A stretch of DNA of 64,000 bases, from the NCBI GenBank assembly GCA_035458505.1, contig DATHZS010000050.1, positions 6,173-70,172 on the forward strand, in the 5' to 3' direction. The notes under the pieces are model-generated. The model made no database searches. It had not been told where the DNA came from and saw only the letters and a program-made list of their open reading frames with translations. Position numbers and translations under genes: made by a program. The DNA comes from Anaerolineales bacterium (GTDB lineage Bacteria; Chloroflexota; Anaerolineae; Anaerolineales; UBA11579). Shown here in pieces: positions 52,435-61,176 of the stretch (the first letter of the stretch is position 1; each line of letters starts with the position of its first letter).

Positions 52435-54279
52435 TTAAATTTCCTCATAATGTTCGACGTTGAATACGTAAACATTTGAATTGTTAATTTTGATTTCTTT
52501 CTCTGACTGGCTGCCAGGTAAAGGTAACAGGTTGAAAAGCCCTCGGCGGAATGTGGGGGTTTCCTCACAGCAATTGATAATCGTTTCGACAACGTCCTCC
52601 ACCTGTGTTTCTTCAATGCCGATCAACAAGGTGATGGAGGGTAGCCCGCTGGGACCCAGATGACTTGCCAGCCGGGTTGTGGGGATGCCCATGATGCTCA
52701 TCATATGCAAAGTTTCGTACATATCCGCTTCAGCCACGGAGGCAAAGATCAGTTTTGAAATCGGTGGTTGGTCTTTGGTCCGGCGGGTCAGCAGGTCGCC
52801 ATAGCTCAGATCCTGGTTCAGTAAGGCTGCATCCACCTCGTTCACCAGCAAGGTAAAGGTATCTTTGTTGATCGTCCCGGTTGATAAGAGGTTGTTATAG
52901 GTGTTTCGCTGAGTTCGCAGCATTTCCTGAAAAGCCTTGTCGAGTTCGGCCACTTCAACACTGCTATCTGAGTTCATAATATCGTGCACCAGTTCTTTTC
53001 TTAGCTCGATCTGCCGCAAAATGGGAACTTCTAATATTGTCCAGGCGTGTTCGGAGATCAGGCCTTCCGCACGCAGTTCTTTGAGCCGGTCGTAGGAGTG
53101 TTGAGAGGCGACAGCGCGCGCCTGATGCCGTTCGTACGCTTCCTGGGTCTTTGTGCGGGCTCCAAAGCCTAGACGTTTGATGATCGGGCGCATGGTGGTA
53201 CCCTGGACCAGCAAGGTAAAGAGAACAACGCCAAAGGTCATATCTTGCAGCAAAGTTTGGGTATCCAATCCGAGTGATTCGGGCAGGGTGAGGGCCAGGG
53301 CCAGAGAGATGGCTCCCCGCAAGCCACCCCAGTAAATCACATGCTGCATGCGAAAGGGGATCCTGAAAAAGCGAGTGGAGAGAGGGTATATGACCACGGC
53401 CCGGGCGAAGAGCACTGCGGCGATCGCAAAAAGAATTGGCTGCCAGCTGGAGAGCAGAGCCGCCAGGTCAATCACGAGCCCGATCAACAAAAAAGCAAAG
53501 GAGTTTGCCAGGTATGCCGCTAATTCCCAGAAATTGAACAAACTGATCCGGGTGGTGGGGCTCATCCCGCGCTCCCCAAGATTACCGATGACCAAACCGG
53601 CAACAACCACAGCCAGCACACCACTGACGTGAATTTCCTCCGCAATCAGGTAAGAGCCATACGCGGCGACAGTGGTCAGGGTGACTTCAATCAGGTGGTT
53701 GTTGACCAGCCGGATAATGTAAGACATGATCCAACTGACGATGGCTCCGACGATAATCCCTCCACCAGCCGTCAGGATGAAGTTCGTGACCAGCCCGGTT
53801 ACGCTGAACTCGGTCACTCCGAGAGCGATGGCGATCATCAGGTTGAAGATCACGATGGCAGTACCATCATTGAACAGGCTTTCACCTTCCAACAGGATGA
53901 GGAGTTGTTGCGGCACTCCTAATGCTCGGAAGAGGGCGACCACTGCGACCGGGTCGGTTGCGGCAATCAGTGCCCCAAAAATAAGCGCAACCTGGAGTGG
54001 AATTGCGGTTCCCCAGGAGACGATTAAACCGACCAGGAGCATCGTGATCAGAACACCGGGAATGGCAAATGCTACGATTTCCTTGAAATGCCGCCGAAGT
54101 TCTTCAAATTTAATATGAAAAGCGGCTTCAAATATCAGCGGCGGGACCAAAATGGTCAGAATTAGCTCCGGTACCAACAATCCGCTCAGCGGAAGTTCAC
54201 CCATGATTGGAGAAGCGACCTGCTGCAGCACCACAGCAAGCCCTAACCCCATCAGGACGAGCCCAACGGTGTATGGCAT
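52435..54279 (-). CDS. CPA1 (NhaP-type) Na+(K+)/H+ antiporter with C-terminal DarA/PstA-like domain; true 5' end probably upstream of 54279
   Basis: The transporter core has LIFGALIAATDPVAV, EGESLFNDGTAIV and WGGLRGAISLALAL. A long cytoplasmic tail follows. Its last 106 aa (52438-52755) repeat the DarA-like pattern KLIFASV...TRLAS...ITLLIGIEE...VYVFNVEHYEEI. The in-frame region 54280-54375 encodes a further TM helix but has no ATG/GTG/TTG. Confidence 0.85.
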   Translation of the reverse strand: MPYTVGLVLMGLGLAVVLQQVASPIMGELPLSGLLVPELILTILVPPLIFEAAFHIKFEELRRHFKEIVAFAIPGVLITMLLVGLIVSWGTAIPLQVALIFGALIAATDPVAVVALFRALGVPQQLLILLEGESLFNDGTAIVIFNLMIAIALGVTEFSVTGLVTNFILTAGGGIIVGAIVSWIMSYIIRLVNNHLIEVTLTTVAAYGSYLIAEEIHVSGVLAVVVAGLVIGNLGERGMSPTTRISLFNFWELAAYLANSFAFLLIGLVIDLAALLSSWQPILFAIAAVLFARAVVIYPLSTRFFRIPFRMQHVIYWGGLRGAISLALALTLPESLGLDTQTLLQDMTFGVVLFTLLVQGTTMRPIIKRLGFGARTKTQEAYERHQARAVASQHSYDRLKELRAEGLISEHAWTILEVPILRQIELRKELVHDIMNSDSSVEVAELDKAFQEMLRTQRNTYNNLLSTGTINKDTFTLLVNEVDAALLNQDLSYGDLLTRRTKDQPPISKLIFASVAEADMYETLHMMSIMGIPTTRLASHLGPSGLPSITLLIGIEETQVEDVVETIINCCEETPTFRRGLFNLLPLPGSQSEKEIKINNSNVYVFNVEHYEEI

Positions 54280-54371
54280 GCGTAATCTTTGGACTGCAAT
54301 CCCGACAATACTGGCAATAAAGATCAGGCCAATAAAGATTTGCAGAAACGGGAGTAACTCATGTGAGTTTT

Positions 54372-56777
54372 CTATGTTTCTTCCTCCAATTGTGTAGGGA
54401 TATTTTCTACCAGACAGGGAATCTGATCTGAAATGACCGTTCTTTCCCCATCAAGAAAACGTATCTCTACTTGTTCAGCAGAACTAATTATCCAGGTGCC
54501 ATGATAACATATTCTCACTGGCCAGGGAAAAGGGTTTTTATGCAGGACCTGGACTTTCCAGGGTGAGATGGGGCGGATGCCGACGATTTCTAAAAATTGA
54601 CCCGCTGATGGTAGTCCGATCAGATGGTTGCGCTGCCCGGAGGCTGACAATTGACTGGAATGGTAGAAGGTTCGGAAGCTGTCTTCCTGTTTCAGGTTAT
54701 GAATGATCGCCTGCATCAGGCGTGAGAAGATTTCTGCCGCTTTCTCGGTTTCACCATACTCCAGCAAGCCTTCAACAACCATGGCATTCCAGGGCAGCCA
54801 GGTGAGCAGGCCGGTTTCTTCAGCCTCTTTGGTGTTCGGTTTTGGGAGGGCCGGAATCCCATACGGCTGGTTGTAAAAACTATCGTTAAATAGCTTGCGC
54901 TCAAGGATCCTGTCTAGCTGTTTTTCCGTAACCATTTTTGCCCAGATCGGTGTGAGCAAGGTATGATCGTCCTGATAATGATCGGTGACTTGCAGGACAG
55001 CTCTGCCTTTGGAGGGTAAGCCGGAGATATGGATGTGTTCGATCTCTGAATAGAGGTTTGGCAGAGTATAAATGCAGATTCCCTGCACCCACACCAGGTA
55101 TTCCGGCTGGATGGTTTCCACCCGGTGCTGCCCGTTGGGCAGGTAGCCGTGGATGGAGATTTCCACCTGGGGTTTGGGTGAATCCTCTGCTTCAAGGCGG
55201 ATTTGTAAACGTGTGGGCAGATCAAAAACGAGGTCGATGAGGATTTCTCCAGACCCGGTGCGCTCTCCGAGATTTTCACCTTTTTGGGTTTCGTGGCTGT
55301 CCCGATCCCAATACTGGAAGGACCCGCGGCGCCCATTCCAGGAATTTTGAACGGCACTGTGGAGGTTGTTGGAGAGAGCCTCCAGGTAGGTGAGAGGTTC
55401 TTTTTGATCGGTGATCTCTGCGATCTTTTTCAGCAGGACGGTTTCACGGTAAAGATAAGCGCTCAGGTCTGGGCTTTCGACTGCGGTAATTTCGGTCCCT
55501 TGCGCCCAGGGTTGCCAGCGAGAAAAGAACGGGTTCTCATCGTAACCTGTCTGGACCAGGTTGCCCCATTCCGGAATGCCGTCTGAATCTCGGTCGTTGC
55601 TTTCCCAAAACCAGGTTTGCAGATACCACAGCAGAGGGCGAAATACCCGAGAGAGGAAAGTCCGGTCTTCGGTGAACTGGTAGATCCGCCATGCCAGGCT
55701 GACCAGGAATGGGGCGGCAGATAAGCTGCTGCGCTGCCCCCCAAGTCCAGGTTTGTGATCTACAAACCCGTTTTCCTGCTGGTGGTGGATGAAATTTTCC
55801 AGCACACCGGTAGCAATGGCTGAATTTCCGGGAAGCAAAAAATGGGAAAGATACCAGGCCTCCAGGGGTGTCTGCCCATTCCAGAGGTGATTGTATTCCG
55901 CACCGCTGCCCTGTTGGGAGTATCCCTGATCGGGCAACCGGGTTGAAACAAAGCTGGTGTGCGGCAGATGTTCGCTTCCGGCAAAGAGCAGATTGAGAGC
56001 CGCTTTCTGGCTAAATGCCAGGGCTGCATCCCAATCCGGCTCACCGGTGTATATCTCGGGGAGTTGGGAGGCGAGCATTTTGATCCGGATGATTTCTGCA
56101 TCCCAGTTCTGAGAAGCAGTCAGGCGTGCGTGCCGGAAGGCTTCTTCCTCATCCGGGAGAGCAGTCTGAATCCATGTAAAGCGGCGAAACTGTCCCGGGG
56201 CCAGTTCCAAATTGTGAAACAGGTTGGGGTAGGGGCTGGCTTCTCCTTCTGCTCCGCCCGTAATGAAAAAAATTGGTGACAGGTCTTCTGTTTGTCCCTG
56301 AAGGACGGTGGTTGCTTCCCTTTTACGCGGGACCATGGGTCTGCCTTCTGGGTTGGGAGTCAGAACCACCGCCATCTCAAAGCGCAGTTTTCGCTCCAGA
56401 TCGCCAACGTTTTCGATCCATACCCGCCCCGCTGCTGTTTGGCTGTCGGGAATCCAATATTCCATCAGGACATCAATGCCTGGATAGGGAGAAAATTTAA
56501 GTTTCGCGTAGTTGGGAGCAAACTCGACAATCGTCAGTGGGGTATCGAATTCTGCTGGATTGGAAACAGTTTGGTGCGATTCAACAAACTGCGGAAAAAT
56601 TCGCATGCTGCGGGCCCGCAGACCGAAGGTGGTTTGGAGAACCACCGCAGCAGGGTCACTCCGCCCGATCATCAGTTCCCAGATCTGATCGTTGGCATAA
56701 GACAGGGGGCTTAGACGCGGGTCGGCAGCAAGTACCAGATGTTTCGGGTCATCAAGGTGCAGTTTCCATGTACGCAT
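54372..56777 (-). CDS. Putative (alpha/alpha)6-barrel glycoside hydrolase (GH63/MGH1/GDE_C-like)
   Basis: 801 aa. The central region LEAWYLSHFLL...ENFIHHQQENGFVDHKPG...APFLVSLAWRIYQFTEDRTFL...DSDGIPEWGN...GYDENPFF resembles six-hairpin glycosidases. The family assignment is tentative. Confidence 0.55.
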   Translation of the reverse strand: MRTWKLHLDDPKHLVLAADPRLSPLSYANDQIWELMIGRSDPAAVVLQTTFGLRARSMRIFPQFVESHQTVSNPAEFDTPLTIVEFAPNYAKLKFSPYPGIDVLMEYWIPDSQTAAGRVWIENVGDLERKLRFEMAVVLTPNPEGRPMVPRKREATTVLQGQTEDLSPIFFITGGAEGEASPYPNLFHNLELAPGQFRRFTWIQTALPDEEEAFRHARLTASQNWDAEIIRIKMLASQLPEIYTGEPDWDAALAFSQKAALNLLFAGSEHLPHTSFVSTRLPDQGYSQQGSGAEYNHLWNGQTPLEAWYLSHFLLPGNSAIATGVLENFIHHQQENGFVDHKPGLGGQRSSLSAAPFLVSLAWRIYQFTEDRTFLSRVFRPLLWYLQTWFWESNDRDSDGIPEWGNLVQTGYDENPFFSRWQPWAQGTEITAVESPDLSAYLYRETVLLKKIAEITDQKEPLTYLEALSNNLHSAVQNSWNGRRGSFQYWDRDSHETQKGENLGERTGSGEILIDLVFDLPTRLQIRLEAEDSPKPQVEISIHGYLPNGQHRVETIQPEYLVWVQGICIYTLPNLYSEIEHIHISGLPSKGRAVLQVTDHYQDDHTLLTPIWAKMVTEKQLDRILERKLFNDSFYNQPYGIPALPKPNTKEAEETGLLTWLPWNAMVVEGLLEYGETEKAAEIFSRLMQAIIHNLKQEDSFRTFYHSSQLSASGQRNHLIGLPSAGQFLEIVGIRPISPWKVQVLHKNPFPWPVRICYHGTWIISSAEQVEIRFLDGERTVISDQIPCLVENIPTQLEEET

Positions 56778-56930
56778 ATTAGCATTTTAAGAGCAGATTG
56801 GTCTCTGGTCAAAGGTTTTACCCGTTTATTTGAAGTTGCTCCGGGAACAAACCGGCTTAAATTTCGTTATAAAGACAAGATCCGGCCGCATTTTCGGCAG
56901 GTTTTTTGCCATTTTTTGTGCCTGCTTGCT

Positions 56931-56960
56931 TTGGACATTGTTTCTGCCCTGTGCTAAAAT
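56931..56960 (+). promoter_or_regulatory. Promoter upstream of maoC-like gene and PBP gene
   Basis: TTGGAC (56931-36), 18-nt spacer, TGcTAAAAT (56952-60). Confidence 0.45.
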
Positions 56961-57028
56961 CAAAAGGATTATATGGTCAAGAGTTTATTTTTTTGCATGA
57001 TGGTTTGGATCTTTATTGGAGGATGAGG

Positions 57029-57502
57029 ATGACATCGATGGTAAAAGCCACAGATGATTTGTGGTTTGAGGATTTTGAAGTTGGGGAATCTCAAACAACA
57101 CCCGGCCGTACGATTACCGAGACGGACATGGTAAATTTTGCCGGTATTTCAGGTGATTTCAACCCGATCCACATGGATGCAGAATTCGCAAAAACCGGGC
57201 CGTTTGGCCGGAGGGTGGTCTTTGGGCTGCTGGTGATGTCGATTGCCTCAGGCCTGGTGGTTCAAACCGGGATAGTGAAAGGGCTGCAGGGAGGATTTAG
57301 AGAGATCACTCAATGGAAGTTCATGAAACCCGTTTTTATCGGTGACACGATCCATGTTGAATACGAGATTACCGAATCCCGCCCCATGCCTCGAGCAGGC
57401 GGAGGATTGATCGTTTTAGAGCAGCGTATAAAAAACCAATATCAGGAAACTGTGATGAAAGGGAGTTGGACAGGTTTTGTGCTCAACCGTCCAGCGAACT
57501 GA
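57029..57502 (+). CDS. MaoC-like (R)-specific enoyl-CoA hydratase/dehydratase (hot-dog fold)
   Basis: FEDFEVGE...TITETDMVNFAGISGDFNPIHMDAEFA is present. The start is ATG 57029, 6 nt after GGAGG. The listed ORF starts at 56906. Confidence 0.85.
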   Translation: MTSMVKATDDLWFEDFEVGESQTTPGRTITETDMVNFAGISGDFNPIHMDAEFAKTGPFGRRVVFGLLVMSIASGLVVQTGIVKGLQGGFREITQWKFMKPVFIGDTIHVEYEITESRPMPRAGGGLIVLEQRIKNQYQETVMKGSWTGFVLNRPAN

Positions 57503-57526
57503 GCACAGGCCAATTAAGGTGTGAGT

Positions 57527-60500
57527 ATGGGAACTGAAGAAGAACGCCCTGATCTGGATGATCATGATGGGGATGAAATCGAGGAAAACCCGATTGATCG
57601 TTTTCGGCGATTGACCTCCAGTTCATCTGAGCCGCAGGAACCTCCAACCGACGATACTTTGGGTTTATACCGCGCTGGACCTGCACCGAAGCCTGATTCT
57701 GAGGATGCAGGGAAAATTGGCGATACCCCAGATCATACCTTTGGATGGCATGGCATCGGGCGTGGGGAGTCAGAACCCCCTCAGCCACCAGAGCACGATG
57801 TAACCGAAGAAGAAGATTCTTCACAGTCAGCACCTCTTTCAGAGACAGGGGATGAACCGCTTGATCTGGCAGGCACAGGCGAAGCGGATGATGCTCAGCC
57901 CGCAGATGCCCTCCCACCAGATCCTGACGCGGATGACTCCTCCAAACAAGAGGGACCCCAGAGTGACAAGTCTCAACCTAAACCACGGGCGGATTTTCTC
58001 CCGGTAATCTCCCCGGAAGATCGGGACTCAAGACCAGAACCTGGTCAGGAAAAAACGGATCTTTATGCGCATTTGGGAGATACTCCACCAAGCACAGGCC
58101 GTCGCAAGGAACAGATTCCACCTCCGCCGCCCTTGGGGCGTTCTGGTCAGACACCTCCCCCGGCACTGGATGAGGAAGGGATGCCGCTGCCCCGTAAGGT
58201 GACCGAAGACGATCTGGATGCAACACGGGTATCCCCCGCGGCTTTCACCCCGCCTTCCAGCCAACCGGGGCGCAAACCGACTCAACCTCCACCCAGGCGC
58301 CGTCCGGTACGTTCTGTACCAGCCTCAACACCCAACAAAAGCCAACGCCGGCGAACCAAGCCGCCCCGCGCGCCGAAGACCCAGCGGCAGCCAGGCCCCC
58401 CATGGTTTGGAAATTGTTTTGCGAGGGCATCGATCATGCTGCTTTTCCTGGGGCTGATCTTCCTGGTTGGTGCTTTTTCCTTTATGCTGGTGCAGTATTA
58501 CAGGATTTCCTCCACCCTTCCGGATGTTGAAGCGGAGGATATCCGCGGCCGGATATCCCAATTTGAGACAACCCGAATCCTGGACCGCAATGGAGACCTG
58601 CTGTACGAAATCATCGACCCGAACGCAGGACGCAGAACCTATGTCACTTTGGATGAGATTTCTCCCTACATCGTCGCGGCTACTGTCGCCACAGAAGATA
58701 AAGATTTTTACAGTCATCCCGGGGTCAATTCATTTGCCATCATCCGCGCTTTTGTTCAAAATGCCCAGAGCGGGGAAGTAGTTTCAGGCGCTTCCTCGAT
58801 CACGCAGCAAGTGGCCAGGATGTTGTTCCTGGAACCGGAGGAAGCCTCCCAGCGCACCTATCTCCGAAAGGTCAAGGAAGCCATTCTGGCGATTGAACTG
58901 ACCAATAAATATACCAAGGATGAGATTCTTGAACTCTACCTCAACGAGAATTTCTACGGCAATCTGGCATATGGGATTGAGGCGGCCGCCGAAACTTATT
59001 TTGGCACCACAGCGGATAAGATCACCCTGGAGCAAGGTGCATTTTTAGCTGGCCTGCCCCAGGCGCCTTCGGTATACGATGTGTACACCAACCGGCGGGT
59101 GGCTCTAGACCGTCAGAAGTATGTGGTGCAGCTGATGTATCAGGCCAGCCTGGACCAAAACTGCATCTATGTTTCTAACAGCATTCAGCGCATTTGCGTG
59201 GACTATGATACCGCTTCCCAGGCCGCTTTCGCCCTGGAAGATTATGAGTTTAATCAACCCGAAGTTCGGATGCGCTTCCCGCACTGGGTGAATTACATCC
59301 GCACCTTGCTGGAATTGCAGTATGACGCCCAGACGATCTACCGCTCCGGATTCACCGTAGAGACGACAATTGATCCCCGCCTCCAGCAAATGGCAGTTAA
59401 TACCCTGCAATCGAATATCGGCAAGCTGCAAGGCAGCAATGTTCAGAGCGGGGCATTGGTAGCTGCCATCCCGGTTTCCGGAGAAATCCTGGCCATGGTG
59501 GGCTCGGTCGATTTTTATAATGAGGAGATCGATGGGCAGATCAATATGGCGGATTCCCCGCGTCAGCCTGGTTCCGCGATCAAACCGGTCACCTATATCG
59601 CAGCCTTTGAAAAAGGCTGGACGCCGGCTACGCTGATCTGGGATGTGGAAACGGAATTTCCCCCTTCGGGTAATCCCAACGATCCAAGCCCTCCGTATAT
59701 TCCGGTTAATTATGATGAAAAATATCACGGCCCGGTGACGGTGCGGACTGCGCTGGGAAGTTCTTACAACGTACCAGCCGTCAAGGCATTGGATTTTGTT
59801 GGTATTTATGATGATCCCAACACGCCTGTTGAAGATGGGATGATCGCCATGGGGCAGCGTTTGGGAATCACCACCTGGGATAAAAGTGAATATTACGGGC
59901 TTGCCCTTACCCTGGGCAGCGGCAGTGTGAAATTGGTGGATATGGTGTCTGTCTATGGGGTGTTTGCGAATATGGGCAAAAAGGTTCCCCTGGTTGCGAT
60001 TACCCGCATCACCGACTCCACAGGAGCAGTGTTGTTTGAGCACCAGCCTACTGACGGGGAGCAGGTTGTGCGGCCAGAACATGCGTACCTGATCTCGGAT
60101 ATCCTCTCGGATAACATAGCCAGAACCCCTGGTTTTGGCCCAAATTCCCTCCTGAAGCTGCCCTTCCCTGCGGCTGTTAAAACAGGAACCACCAACGATT
60201 TTAGAGATAACTGGACAATTGGCTACACACCCAACCTGGTGGTTGGAGTGTGGGTCGGGAACCCGGATAATACGGCGATGGCGAAAGGTGTCAGCGGTGT
60301 AACGGGGGCTGGGCCGGTCTGGGCAGAGTATATGCTCTCGGCTGTGCAGGAGCTGGAAGGGGCTAATCCGGCATCCTTCCTCAAACCGCCCGGAATTGTG
60401 GAAGTGATCGTGTGTGAGGTTTCAGGAACCATCCCATCCAAGTACTGCCCGAATCAGCGGAGGGAGATCTTTGCCCGCGACCAGCTTCCCCTGCCTGAAA

Positions 60501-61168
60501 CTGAGGATTTATGGAAAGAAGTCGAGGTGGATACCTGGACGCAGATGTTCCCCTCAAATGAATGTGGGGATTTCCGCGCCCGGCAATTGGTCTTGAATGA
60601 GACCGAGTTTTGGGCCCAGGAATGGATCCTGGATACCGGGGCGGGGCAGTCCTGGGCCGAAGAGATCGGGTTTAAACGGCCGGCGTATTTTATCCCCCAA
60701 AAGAAATGCGAACAAAACGATGACCCAGCAATACTCTCTTTTGAAGGGCTTTCCGAAAACCAGCAAATTACTACGACAGAACTCCCAATCATCCTGCGGG
60801 TGTGGGGTGGAGCCCGGTTTAGACAATTTACTCTATCTTACCGGGTATTGCCTGGCACCAGTTGGACTCAACTGCAAAGTTTTACCGAACAGAGCAAGGA
60901 GCCGAAAGATTTTTATGTCTGGGACCTTGCAGAAGTTCCGGATGGCAAGATCGAGCTGCGTGTCAGGATGGAAGGCAAGAGGAACGCTGTGGCTGAGAAA
61001 GTGATTACCCTGGAAATTATCCAGCCGACTCCCACGCCGACACCCACGCCTACAGAGACACCCACCCCAACCATTACGCCCACTCCGACAGAGACCTTGA
61101 CCCCAACGGCAACCTTTACGCCATCTAGCACCCCTACACCTAGTATAACGCCTACAGAAAAACCATAG
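57527..61168 (+). CDS. Class A penicillin-binding protein (glycosyltransferase + transpeptidase) with ~295-aa disordered cytoplasmic N-terminal tail and Thr/Pro-rich C-terminal tail
   Basis: GT51 motifs are ATEDKDFYSHPG, GASSITQQVAR and KDEILELYLN. Transpeptidase motifs are SPRQPGSAIKP (SxxK), SYN (SxN) and KTGTTND (KTG). There is a single TM at about aa 297-327. The start is ATG 57527 after AAGGTG. Confidence 0.9.
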   Translation: MGTEEERPDLDDHDGDEIEENPIDRFRRLTSSSSEPQEPPTDDTLGLYRAGPAPKPDSEDAGKIGDTPDHTFGWHGIGRGESEPPQPPEHDVTEEEDSSQSAPLSETGDEPLDLAGTGEADDAQPADALPPDPDADDSSKQEGPQSDKSQPKPRADFLPVISPEDRDSRPEPGQEKTDLYAHLGDTPPSTGRRKEQIPPPPPLGRSGQTPPPALDEEGMPLPRKVTEDDLDATRVSPAAFTPPSSQPGRKPTQPPPRRRPVRSVPASTPNKSQRRRTKPPRAPKTQRQPGPPWFGNCFARASIMLLFLGLIFLVGAFSFMLVQYYRISSTLPDVEAEDIRGRISQFETTRILDRNGDLLYEIIDPNAGRRTYVTLDEISPYIVAATVATEDKDFYSHPGVNSFAIIRAFVQNAQSGEVVSGASSITQQVARMLFLEPEEASQRTYLRKVKEAILAIELTNKYTKDEILELYLNENFYGNLAYGIEAAAETYFGTTADKITLEQGAFLAGLPQAPSVYDVYTNRRVALDRQKYVVQLMYQASLDQNCIYVSNSIQRICVDYDTASQAAFALEDYEFNQPEVRMRFPHWVNYIRTLLELQYDAQTIYRSGFTVETTIDPRLQQMAVNTLQSNIGKLQGSNVQSGALVAAIPVSGEILAMVGSVDFYNEEIDGQINMADSPRQPGSAIKPVTYIAAFEKGWTPATLIWDVETEFPPSGNPNDPSPPYIPVNYDEKYHGPVTVRTALGSSYNVPAVKALDFVGIYDDPNTPVEDGMIAMGQRLGITTWDKSEYYGLALTLGSGSVKLVDMVSVYGVFANMGKKVPLVAITRITDSTGAVLFEHQPTDGEQVVRPEHAYLISDILSDNIARTPGFGPNSLLKLPFPAAVKTGTTNDFRDNWTIGYTPNLVVGVWVGNPDNTAMAKGVSGVTGAGPVWAEYMLSAVQELEGANPASFLKPPGIVEVIVCEVSGTIPSKYCPNQRREIFARDQLPLPETEDLWKEVEVDTWTQMFPSNECGDFRARQLVLNETEFWAQEWILDTGAGQSWAEEIGFKRPAYFIPQKKCEQNDDPAILSFEGLSENQQITTTELPIILRVWGGARFRQFTLSYRVLPGTSWTQLQSFTEQSKEPKDFYVWDLAEVPDGKIELRVRMEGKRNAVAEKVITLEIIQPTPTPTPTPTETPTPTITPTPTETLTPTATFTPSSTPTPSITPTEKP
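61022..61165 (+). repeat. Imperfect ACN-CCN (Thr-Pro) coding repeat at the PBP C-terminus
   Basis: It encodes PTPTPTPTPTETPTPTITPTPTETLTPTATFTPSSTPTPSITPTEKP. Confidence 0.8.
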
Positions 61169-61176
61169 CCGACAAA

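Noticed and set aside
59105-60082. 325-aa minus-strand ORF inside the PBP gene; also 27701-28474 (257 aa) inside pdp and 46726-47325 across thiolase/hbd
   Set aside because: All are antisense to genes with strong catalytic motifs and have implausible composition.
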